From a virus (lineage: Duplodnaviria; Caudoviricetes): 24,510 nt of DNA. The translations under genes and the position numbers were made by a program. Below, one piece after another: positions 6,323 to 14,067 of this stretch. The notes beneath the pieces are model-generated. The model saw nothing but the letters and a program-made list of their open reading frames with translations, did no database searches and was not told the DNA's origin. The DNA lies in the IMG/VR virus record IMGVR_UViG_3300017650_000220, positions 1 through 24,510 of that record. One strand, 5' to 3'. The number at the start of each line of letters is the position of its first letter. The stretch's first letter is position 1.

Positions 6323-7858
6323 ATGCAGCAGTCAAACTGGCTCGACCGGGCGATCGGCTTCGTCGCCCCGGAGCGCGCGCTGCGCCGTGTGCAGGCGCGG
6401 ACCCAGATCGCCCGCGTTGCTCATGCCCGATCGCTTTACGAGGCGGCTTCGGCCGGGCGCAGGACGCAAGGATGGCGCACGGTCAGCACCGACGCCAATG
6501 CAGAGACCCGGGCGGCGAATGCCAAGTTGCGCGACGTCTCGCGCGACATGGTCCGCAACAACCCGTTCGCGGCGCGGGCAAAGGCCGTCATCGCGAACAA
6601 CACCGTAGGCGCCGGCATCATCCCGGCCGTCCGCGCCGCGCGGCAGAAGCGCGCCGACCAAGTCAAGGAGCTGATCGACCAGCATCTGGACACAACCGAC
6701 ATCGATGCGGACGGCCGCCTCAATCTTTATGGTCTTCAATGGCTGGCGATGGCGACCATCGTCGAGGCCGGCGAGGTGCTGATCCGCAAGAGGATTCGCC
6801 GCTCCGAGGACGGCTATGCGCTGCCCTTGCAGATCCAAGTCTTGGAGCCGGACTTCCTCGACACGTCTGTAGAGGGGCAGTTGTCGAACGGAAACTTCGC
6901 CATCCAAGGCGTCGAGTTCGATCTGAGGGGCAAGCGCGTCGCGTATTACCTCTACGACCAGCACCCGGGAGCTACCGGGATCGGCGCTCGCGGCACCTAT
7001 CGGGGCACGCGCGTATCGGCTGACTTCGTCCTGCATATCTGCAAGGTCGACCGCCCCGGGCAGGTTCGCGGCGTATCTTGGTTCGCGCCAGTCATCATGC
7101 GAATGCGCGACTTTGCCGACCTGACCGACACGCAGTTGATCCGTCAGAAGATCGCCGCCTGCTACGCTGCCTTCATCACCACCACAGGCGGCGACGACTT
7201 CATCGACGACGGCAGCGGTGAGATGTCGTCGAATGGCTACCCGGTTGAAGCCTTCGAGCCCGGGATGATCGAAAGGCTGAAAGAGGGCGAGTCCGTTTCG
7301 TTCGGCCAGCCGCCGTCGACGCAGGATTTCGGGCCTTATGCCAATGTCACGCTGCACGAGATCTCCAGCGGGCTCAGCATTCCCTACGAAGTGCTGACCG
7401 GCGTTCTGACCGACGTGAACTTTTCTTCCGGCCGCATGGGTTGGCTGGAATTCGCCAGGGCCATCGACACCTATCGTTGGCACATGCTGATCCCGCAGAT
7501 GCTCGACCCGCTCGGCCGGTGGATCCGCGAAGCTGTGACCCTTGCGACAGGCTCTTCCGAGCCGTTCCGCTTTCTGTGGACGCCGCCCCGCCGCGAGATG
7601 ATCGACCAGAATACTGAGATCGGCGCCGCAATCCGTTCGATCCGCGGCGGCCTGAATTCGCGTGGCGATGAGATTCGCAAGCTCGGCTATGACCCGGAAA
7701 AGGTCGATGCGGAGATTGCCGCGGACAACGAGCGCGCCGATCGGCTGAAGCTCGTCCTGGACAGCGATCCCCGCAAGGTCAGCGCTGCCGGCCTGACGCA
7801 GGCGCGGTCGGGCGAATTGGCTCTGCCAACGACCGATCTGCCCGACGCCAAGACCTGA
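6323..7858 (+). CDS. Portal protein, lambda gpB family
   Basis: YEAA, RDMVRNN, RPGQVRGVSWFAPV, YEVLTG..VNFSSGR, LVLDSDPR motifs; 511 aa. Confidence 0.96.
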   Translation: MQQSNWLDRAIGFVAPERALRRVQARTQIARVAHARSLYEAASAGRRTQGWRTVSTDANAETRAANAKLRDVSRDMVRNNPFAARAKAVIANNTVGAGIIPAVRAARQKRADQVKELIDQHLDTTDIDADGRLNLYGLQWLAMATIVEAGEVLIRKRIRRSEDGYALPLQIQVLEPDFLDTSVEGQLSNGNFAIQGVEFDLRGKRVAYYLYDQHPGATGIGARGTYRGTRVSADFVLHICKVDRPGQVRGVSWFAPVIMRMRDFADLTDTQLIRQKIAACYAAFITTTGGDDFIDDGSGEMSSNGYPVEAFEPGMIERLKEGESVSFGQPPSTQDFGPYANVTLHEISSGLSIPYEVLTGVLTDVNFSSGRMGWLEFARAIDTYRWHMLIPQMLDPLGRWIREAVTLATGSSEPFRFLWTPPRREMIDQNTEIGAAIRSIRGGLNSRGDEIRKLGYDPEKVDAEIAADNERADRLKLVLDSDPRKVSAAGLTQARSGELALPTTDLPDAKT

Positions 7859-7872
7859 TTCATCAGAAGGAA

Positions 7873-10080
7873 GTGACGATGCCCAAGCCTGCTCGGCGCA
7901 AGCCAGGCGGACGGTCTGCTGACGTTCGCAATCTCATGGAAGGCACGCGCTCGCTCGTCCTCAACGGTGAGCTGATCCTCTACGGGATCGTGGATCCCTG
8001 GGATTATTCGGAGAGCCTGCGCGCCATCGATGTGATGGCTTCGCTGGTGGAGCTGGCCGACAAGGAAACCATCGTCTGTCGACTGAACTCGCCGGGCGGT
8101 TCCGTCATCGAGGGCCTCGCGATCTTCAACGCGCTGCGCGCTTCGGGCAAACCGGTCGAGATCCATATCGATGCGCTGGCAGCCTCGATCGCTTCGGTCA
8201 TCGCCATGGCCGGCGACACGATCGTCATGGCCGACAATGCGTCGATCATGATCCACGATCCGTACACCGTCGCCTTCGGCGGGTCGGACGATCTGCGAGC
8301 GGCGGCTGACGAGGTCGACCGTCTGAAGTCGATCGTCGTCGGCATTTATGCCGACCGCACCGGTCTCGAGGCAACCGAGATCGAAACCCTCATGGCTGCC
8401 GAAACCTACCTTTCGGCCACCGAGGCGATCGAGAAGGGCTTCGCAGATTCTCTCGAGGCCACCTCCCGGGTCAGTGCATGCGCGCTGCTCGACAAGCAAG
8501 AGCTGGCGCGGCTTCTCGCGCCGATCGCCGCCAGGGCCGAGGCGGCCCCCGGCAAACCGGCGCCCGTCGCCCCTTCAATGAGGAAGCCTGACATGACCCC
8601 TGAGGAAATCGCCGCGGCGGAGCGCGCCCGCGTCACCAAGATCCACGCTGCGGTGCGCGCCGCCAAGCTCGAGCCCAGCTTCGCCGAGGAAATGGTTGAG
8701 GCGGGGCTGACCCTCGAGGCGGCGCAGGCCAAGATCACGGCCAAGGTCGCCGAGACCAATGACGTCTCCAATCTGACGAACGTCCGCAACGAAGCCACGC
8801 GCGCCGAGCGCCAGCGGGTCGCGGACATCACGGCCGCGTGCCGGGCTTCCAAGCTCGACGCGGAGTTCGCTGAGCAGCTGATCCGCGACGGCGTGACCAT
8901 GGAACAGGCCAACGCCAGGATCGTCAACAAATACGCCGAACTGTCGGCGGCACAGGATCCGGGCACGCCTAACCGTACCCAGGTCGCAACCATCACGGCC
9001 GACGTCGTCGATCGCTGGGCCGAGGGCGCGACCGCCGGTCTGCTGGCGCGTCTCGGTATGAAGGGCGGTGAGAAGAACGAGTTCACGGGCCTCTCTCTGG
9101 CCGAACTCGCCCGCTCCTCGCTCGATGTCCGGAACATCAAGTCCGGCTCGATGGACCGCATGTCGATGGTGGGTCGTGCCTTCACGGTCCGCAACGCCGG
9201 GCCCGGCTACCATTCGACGTCGGATTTCGGCAACGTCCTGTCGACCGCCGCCTACCGTTCGGTCATGCTCGGCTATGAAGAGGTCGAGGAGACCTTTGAC
9301 CAGTGGACCGGCAAGGGCCGCGCCTCTGACTTCCGCCCGATCAGCCGCGTCGACATGGGCCTCTTCCCATCGCTCGACAAGGTGATCGAGGGCGCCGAGT
9401 ACACTTACGCCACGATCGGCGACACCGGCACGACCGTTCAGGTCGCGACCTATGGCAAGCTCTTCGCCATCACGCGCCAGGCGATCATCAACGATGATCT
9501 CGGCTTCTTCGATCGCGTGCCGCGCAAGATGGGCCGTGCCGCGAAGCGCACCATCGGTAACCTCGTCTATGCGGTTCTGAATTCGAACCCGACCATGCAG
9601 GACGGCACCGCGCTGTTCCATGCCAACCACGGCAATCTCGCGGCGGTCGCGGCCGCACCGAGCGTTGCCAGCATCGGCGCCGCCCGCGCCGCCATGGCCC
9701 GTCAGAAAGACGAGGCGGGAGTCGGCACGAGCGTCGGCGTGAAGCCGAAGTTCATGCTGCTGGCGCCGGAGATCTTCGACGCAGCGGCGACGATCCTCGC
9801 CGCTGAGAAGACGCCGGGTGACGCGGCCGGCACGCCGAACGCGGTGCGGAACGCCGCCACCCCGATCAGCGACAGCCGCCTTTCCGGCACCGCCTGGTAT
9901 CTGGCCTCCGATGCCGGCCAGGTCGATCAGATCGAGGTCACCTATCTCGACGGCGTCGAGGAGCCCTTCCTCGACCAGAAGGATGGATGGAGCGTCGATG
10001 GCTCGGAATTCAAGGTCCGAATCGACGCTGGCGTGAAGGCGCTGCACTGGCGCGGCCTCTACAAGAACGCCGGCGCCTAA
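7873..10080 (+). CDS. ClpP-like prohead protease / scaffold / major capsid fusion (start may be ATG 7879)
   Basis: LNSPGG, LAASIAS (Ser), MIHDP (His), ETYLSA; capsid motifs HSTSDF, TYGKLFAITRQAIINDDL, LFHANHGNL, IEVTYLDG, WRGLYKNAG. Confidence 0.95.
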   Translation: MTMPKPARRKPGGRSADVRNLMEGTRSLVLNGELILYGIVDPWDYSESLRAIDVMASLVELADKETIVCRLNSPGGSVIEGLAIFNALRASGKPVEIHIDALAASIASVIAMAGDTIVMADNASIMIHDPYTVAFGGSDDLRAAADEVDRLKSIVVGIYADRTGLEATEIETLMAAETYLSATEAIEKGFADSLEATSRVSACALLDKQELARLLAPIAARAEAAPGKPAPVAPSMRKPDMTPEEIAAAERARVTKIHAAVRAAKLEPSFAEEMVEAGLTLEAAQAKITAKVAETNDVSNLTNVRNEATRAERQRVADITAACRASKLDAEFAEQLIRDGVTMEQANARIVNKYAELSAAQDPGTPNRTQVATITADVVDRWAEGATAGLLARLGMKGGEKNEFTGLSLAELARSSLDVRNIKSGSMDRMSMVGRAFTVRNAGPGYHSTSDFGNVLSTAAYRSVMLGYEEVEETFDQWTGKGRASDFRPISRVDMGLFPSLDKVIEGAEYTYATIGDTGTTVQVATYGKLFAITRQAIINDDLGFFDRVPRKMGRAAKRTIGNLVYAVLNSNPTMQDGTALFHANHGNLAAVAAAPSVASIGAARAAMARQKDEAGVGTSVGVKPKFMLLAPEIFDAAATILAAEKTPGDAAGTPNAVRNAATPISDSRLSGTAWYLASDAGQVDQIEVTYLDGVEEPFLDQKDGWSVDGSEFKVRIDAGVKALHWRGLYKNAGA

Positions 10081-10099
10081 GGGTCGTCGTCGCCGTTCA

Positions 10100-10123
10100 G
10101 ACGGGCGGCTGACGCCGCCCGTC
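10100..10123 (+). terminator. GC-rich hairpin after the capsid gene (mRNA stabiliser or weak terminator)
   Basis: GACGGGCGGC-TGAC-GCCGCCCGTC, perfect 10-bp stem; no U-tract. Confidence 0.55.
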
Positions 10124-10156
10124 ACAGCCTTCCAACTCATCGCGAGGATCTACATC

Positions 10157-10483
10157 ATGAAGAACTTCATCCAGGAGGGTGACGTCCTTACCCTGCCGGC
10201 TCCGACCGGCGGCGTGGTCTCCGGCCAGGCTTATCTCATCGGCGTGCTCTTCGGTGTCGCCATGGCCTCCGCCGCTGAGGGCGCCGACTTTCCGTTCAAG
10301 ACGACCGGCGTTGTCGAGCTGCCGAAGACTTCGGCGCTCGCAATCGCCGTCGGCGATGCGTTGTATTGGGACAACACGAATCGCGTCCTGAACAAGACCG
10401 CCTCCGGCAACACGCTTGTCGGCGGCGCGGTCGCGGCTGCCGCCAATCCTTCGGCCACGGCCCGCATTCGCCTGAACGTCTGA
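10157..10483 (+). CDS. DUF2190-family capsid cement/decoration protein
   Basis: MKNFIQEGDVLTLPAP.GGVVSG, GVVELPK, GDALYWD; follows this capsid type; GAGGA SD. Confidence 0.9.
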   Translation: MKNFIQEGDVLTLPAPTGGVVSGQAYLIGVLFGVAMASAAEGADFPFKTTGVVELPKTSALAIAVGDALYWDNTNRVLNKTASGNTLVGGAVAAAANPSATARIRLNV

Positions 10484-10485
10484 TC

Positions 10486-10848
10486 GTGATCGACTTCGAT
10501 CGCCTCCTCCTGCGGCCGGCTATGGGCGCCTTCGCCCGGCCGGTCGCGTTCCTGCCGAAGGGCGGCAGCCCATTCTTGGGGCGAGGCGATTTCAGGAGGC
10601 CGACCGAGGACGTCCAGCTCTCGGAAGGCGAGATGACGACAGCGGCGCCGACATTGGGCGTGCGCGCTTCCGAACTGGACGCGATGCCGCGGCAGAACGA
10701 TGGCGTCTATGTCGACATCGTCGCCGACCCGGCGGAGCCCCTCGGCTTCCGGGTCACGCCTCGTTCCCAGCGCTTCAAGATCGTCGACGTCCGTCCTGAC
10801 GGGGAGGGCGATCTGAAACTCGTGCTCGCGCAGGTGAGCAGCCCATGA
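10486..10848 (+). CDS. Head-tail joining/closure protein (gpFII-like)
   Basis: GTG at 10486 in frame of ORF 10366; PTLGVRASEL...PRQND...FKIVDVRPDGEG; synteny. Confidence 0.8.
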   Translation: MIDFDRLLLRPAMGAFARPVAFLPKGGSPFLGRGDFRRPTEDVQLSEGEMTTAAPTLGVRASELDAMPRQNDGVYVDIVADPAEPLGFRVTPRSQRFKIVDVRPDGEGDLKLVLAQVSSP

Positions 10849-11387
10849 CCGACTTCAATCGCGAGATCCGCGACGACACGATCGCGCGGCTCAAGGGTCT
10901 CTCGCGCTACGCTCCGACCGGCCGTCCCGGCTCGCCCGCTCAGATCCGCCGCACGCCGATCATGCCACCGCAGGTCGACGATCTCCCATGCCTGCTCGTC
11001 TATCTGACCGGCCAGCGGATGACGCCGCCCGGCGACGCCAATGCTGGCCAGCCGGACTTCGTCCACGAGGCGGTGCTGAACATCTCCGGCGTGCTCGCGG
11101 CGGATGACGAGGACGACCTCGACGACCGCACCAGCGCTGCCGCCGCAGAGATCCTCGAAACCCTGCTCGAGGATCCGGACTGGCTTAAGCAATTCGAGGC
11201 CATCACTGCCATCGAGCAGCGCGTCGGCTTCGATCAGCAGAATTATCTGGCGGCGATCGTCCTGACGTCGATCACGATCACCTATCGGACCAACTGGCCG
11301 CCACGCGTTCCGGACGACTTCGCGACCATCCACATGCGCACGCCGGATGGGCGAGGCGCCGACTATCCCGTGAACCCCGAGGCCTGA
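10845..11387 (+). CDS. Tail terminator/completion protein
   Basis: Acidic 180 aa, IRDDTIARLK, DDLPCLLVY; located between head closure and sheath. Confidence 0.75.
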   Translation: MTDFNREIRDDTIARLKGLSRYAPTGRPGSPAQIRRTPIMPPQVDDLPCLLVYLTGQRMTPPGDANAGQPDFVHEAVLNISGVLAADDEDDLDDRTSAAAAEILETLLEDPDWLKQFEAITAIEQRVGFDQQNYLAAIVLTSITITYRTNWPPRVPDDFATIHMRTPDGRGADYPVNPEA

Positions 11388-11389
11388 TC

Positions 11390-11566
11390 ATGAAGCTTAT
11401 TCCTGCCGATCCGGCGGTGCCGCTCTACGGCCCCGCGGGCGAACTCGTCGACCCTGTCGAGGGCGTCACCGTTGATGATCTCGACGTCTTCTGGAACCGG
11501 CGCATCTGCGCTGGCGAGGCGGTTGTCGCCCCTGCCAAGACGGCTCGGCCGGCCAAGGCCGACTAG
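11390..11566 (+). CDS. Mu gp38 / DUF2635-like small protein (58 aa; absent from the ORF track)
   Basis: MKLIPADPAVPLYGPAGELVDPVEGVTVDDLDVFWNRRICAGEAVVAPAKTARPAKAD; W.RR...G motif and position just before the sheath. Confidence 0.8.
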   Translation: MKLIPADPAVPLYGPAGELVDPVEGVTVDDLDVFWNRRICAGEAVVAPAKTARPAKAD

Positions 11567-11614
11567 TCCGCTCCCCCATCCCTCCCGCCATCGCTTTCCG
11601 ACAGGAGCGCGCCC

Positions 11615-13120
11615 ATGCCCGTCTCTTTCAATACCATTCCGGCCGACTTCAACCTGCCGCTTTATTATGTCGAGGTCGACCCCTCGAAGGCTGGCCAGGT
11701 CGTGCTTGATCAGCCCGGCCTGATGGTCGGCCAGAAGCTTGCGGCTGGTTCCGCCGTCGCCGACGTGCCGATCGCCGTCGGCAGCCTGGCGCAGGCGCAG
11801 GCCTATTTCGGCATCGGCTCGATGCTGGAGCGCATGGTCGCGACCTTCTTCAAGAACAACCAGGCGCAGGAACTGTGGTGCCTGCCGCTGGCCGAGCCCG
11901 GCGCAGGCGTTGCCGCAACGGGACAGATCGCGATCACTGGCCCCGCGACGGCTGCCGGTACGCTCAGCGTCTATATCGCCGGGCAGCGCGTGCAGATCGC
12001 GGTTGCTGCCGCGGCCACTGCGACCGCCATCGGCGCGGCGCTGGCGACGGCGATCAATGCCATGACGACGCTGCCGGTCACCGCTGTCAGCACGACTGGC
12101 ACGCTGGCGCTCACGGCGCGCTGGAAGGGCCTCACCGGCAATGATGTCCATATCGGCATGAACCTTGGCGGCGTCGCCGCTGGCGAGGCGACGCCGGCCG
12201 GCGTCGCCATCGCGATCACGGCGATGGCGGGCGGCACCGCCGCGCCGACGATGACCACGGGCATGGCCGGCCTCGGCGATGACCCCTATGAATATGTCGC
12301 TTTCCCGTTCACCGATTCGACGTCGCTCAACGCGATCGAGGCCGAGTTCGGGTTTGGCGATGCCGGCCGCTGGGGCTGGATGCGCCAGCTTTACGGCCAT
12401 GTCTTCTCGGCGGCGCGCGGCACCTATTCCGCGCTGATCACGCTCGGCACCAGTCGCAATTCCGGTGTGACCAGCATTCTCGGCGTCGAGGTTGCGACGC
12501 CAACCCCCATCTGGGAGATTGCCGCGGCCTATGCCGCGCAGGCGGCGCGCGCGCTGCTCAACGATCCGGCCCGGCCGCTGCAGACGCTGCCGCTGCTCGG
12601 CGTCGCCGCTGCCGCCAAGGGCTCGCGCTTCGCGATGCTCGAGCGCAATACGCTGACCAAGTCCGGCATTGCCGTCACCGCCATCCTGCCGGACGGCACG
12701 GTGCAGATCAGCCGCGAGGCGACGACCTACCAGACCAACACGCTCGGCACGCCTGATACCGCCTACAATCTGGTGACGACGCTCGCCACGCTGGCGCGGC
12801 TGTTCAGGAACCAGAAGCAGGCGATCACCTCGAAATATGCCCGGCACAAGCTGGCCAACAACGGCACCAAGTTCGGCGCCGGCCAGGCGATCGTCACGCC
12901 GAACGTCATCCGCGCCGAGCTGGTCGCGCAATATGAGAACGACGAGTTCAACGGCCTCGTCGAGAACGCCGACGCCTTTGCCGCCAACCTCGTCGTCGAG
13001 CGCGACAGCCTCAATCCGAACCGGGTCAACGTCCTCTATCCGCCGGATCTGGTGAACCAGCTGCGCATGTTCGCCGTGCTGGCGCAGTTCCGGCTGCAAT
13101 ACACCGACGCCGCGGCCTAA
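11615..13120 (+). CDS. Contractile tail sheath (Mu gpL-like)
   Basis: SFNTIP, FGIGSML, DPARPLQTL, TTYQTN, LVVERD..NPNRVNVLYPPDLVNQL; AGGAG SD. Confidence 0.96.
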   Translation: MPVSFNTIPADFNLPLYYVEVDPSKAGQVVLDQPGLMVGQKLAAGSAVADVPIAVGSLAQAQAYFGIGSMLERMVATFFKNNQAQELWCLPLAEPGAGVAATGQIAITGPATAAGTLSVYIAGQRVQIAVAAAATATAIGAALATAINAMTTLPVTAVSTTGTLALTARWKGLTGNDVHIGMNLGGVAAGEATPAGVAIAITAMAGGTAAPTMTTGMAGLGDDPYEYVAFPFTDSTSLNAIEAEFGFGDAGRWGWMRQLYGHVFSAARGTYSALITLGTSRNSGVTSILGVEVATPTPIWEIAAAYAAQAARALLNDPARPLQTLPLLGVAAAAKGSRFAMLERNTLTKSGIAVTAILPDGTVQISREATTYQTNTLGTPDTAYNLVTTLATLARLFRNQKQAITSKYARHKLANNGTKFGAGQAIVTPNVIRAELVAQYENDEFNGLVENADAFAANLVVERDSLNPNRVNVLYPPDLVNQLRMFAVLAQFRLQYTDAAA

Positions 13121-13187
13121 GCGCTCGCCGTCTCTCCGACGGCCGTTGCCGTCTTCCTGACTTTTCACATCCGAACAGGAGGCCCCC

Positions 13188-13553
13188 ATGCCCCAAAAGG
13201 CCCGTGGCGGCATCGCCTATATCAAGGCCGATGGCGTTCAGTACGATCTGCGCGGCAACTGCACCGTCTCGCCCGATGACACCGAGCGCGAAGGTATCGC
13301 CGGGCAGGACGGCGTGCACGGCTTCCTGGAGCGGCCGCGCGTGCCATTCATCTCGATCGACATCACGGATGGCGCCGGCGTCTCGCTGCAGCAGCTGCGC
13401 GCCATCAAGGACGCGACGGTCACGGCCGAGCTCGCCAACGGCAAGGTCTATGTCTTGCGCAACGCCTGGACGTCGGACGCGCACGAGATCAACACCGGCG
13501 ATGCGCAGATCAGCGTGAAGTTCGAAGGCATGAGCTGCCGCGAGCTGGTCTAG
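13188..13553 (+). CDS. Tail tube protein (Mu gpM-like)
   Basis: GIAGQDGVHGFLERP, TVTAELANGKVYVLRNAW, VKFEG; AGGAGG SD. Confidence 0.93.
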   Translation: MPQKARGGIAYIKADGVQYDLRGNCTVSPDDTEREGIAGQDGVHGFLERPRVPFISIDITDGAGVSLQQLRAIKDATVTAELANGKVYVLRNAWTSDAHEINTGDAQISVKFEGMSCRELV

Positions 13554-13609
13554 GCGGCTCGACGATCGTCAACCACGACTTTCCCCAGACACCTCAGAGG
13601 CAGCTGCTG

Positions 13610-13948
13610 ATGACCGAAACAACCAGCGCATCCGACGGCAAGATCCACGTGCCCCTTTCCAAGGCGATCCCCGCGCATGGCGAGGATATCAAGGAACTCG
13701 CTTTCCGCGAGCCGACCGGGGGTGACATAACCCGCTGTGGCAATCCGGTGAAGTTCAACCTCGCCTCAGCGGATCCGGAGCCCTCGTTCGACGAGGTCAA
13801 GATGACCGCAATGATGGCGGCTTTGGCCGGCGTGCCGCCGTCATCGATCGCGGTGCTCACATCTCGCGACTGGATGACCTGCGCGTGGATGCTCTCCGAT
13901 TTTTTCGCTCCGGACCTGGCAACGCTCTCGAGACGTGCTGCTGGCTAG
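13610..13948 (+). CDS. Tail assembly chaperone (Mu gp41 / P2 gpE-like)
   Basis: LSKAIPAHGEDIKELAFREPTGGD, ending ...SDFF; located between tube and tape measure. Confidence 0.9.
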   Translation: MTETTSASDGKIHVPLSKAIPAHGEDIKELAFREPTGGDITRCGNPVKFNLASADPEPSFDEVKMTAMMAALAGVPPSSIAVLTSRDWMTCAWMLSDFFAPDLATLSRRAAG

Positions 13949-14067
13949 CCCGCTTTTACAACTGCGCGCCGACAGCGTTCTTCGACGAGACGCTGACATC
14001 GCTCGCGCGGCTCTCCGAACAGACCATCCTGCTGATCAAAGACGAGGCGGACCCCCATGACCGATGA
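13900..14067 (+). CDS. -1 frameshift extension of the chaperone (gpGT / E+E'-type, ~152 aa total)
   Basis: T TTT TTC at 13900-13906 in chaperone frame; -1 frame open to 14067 (LARFYNCAPTAFFDETL), overlapping the tape measure start. Confidence 0.8.
   Translation, partial: FFRSGPGNALETCCWLARFYNCAPTAFFDETLTSLARLSEQTILLIKDEADPHDR

Noticed and set aside
10157-10483. RecA/RadA recombinase label often given to this family
   Set aside because: 108 aa with no Walker motifs; position and motifs fit a capsid cement protein
6332-13213. Long antisense ORFs (6332-7483, 8575-10140, 11363-13213)
   Set aside because: They mirror the portal, capsid and sheath genes; expected shadow ORFs of high-GC codon bias, with no recognisable motifs
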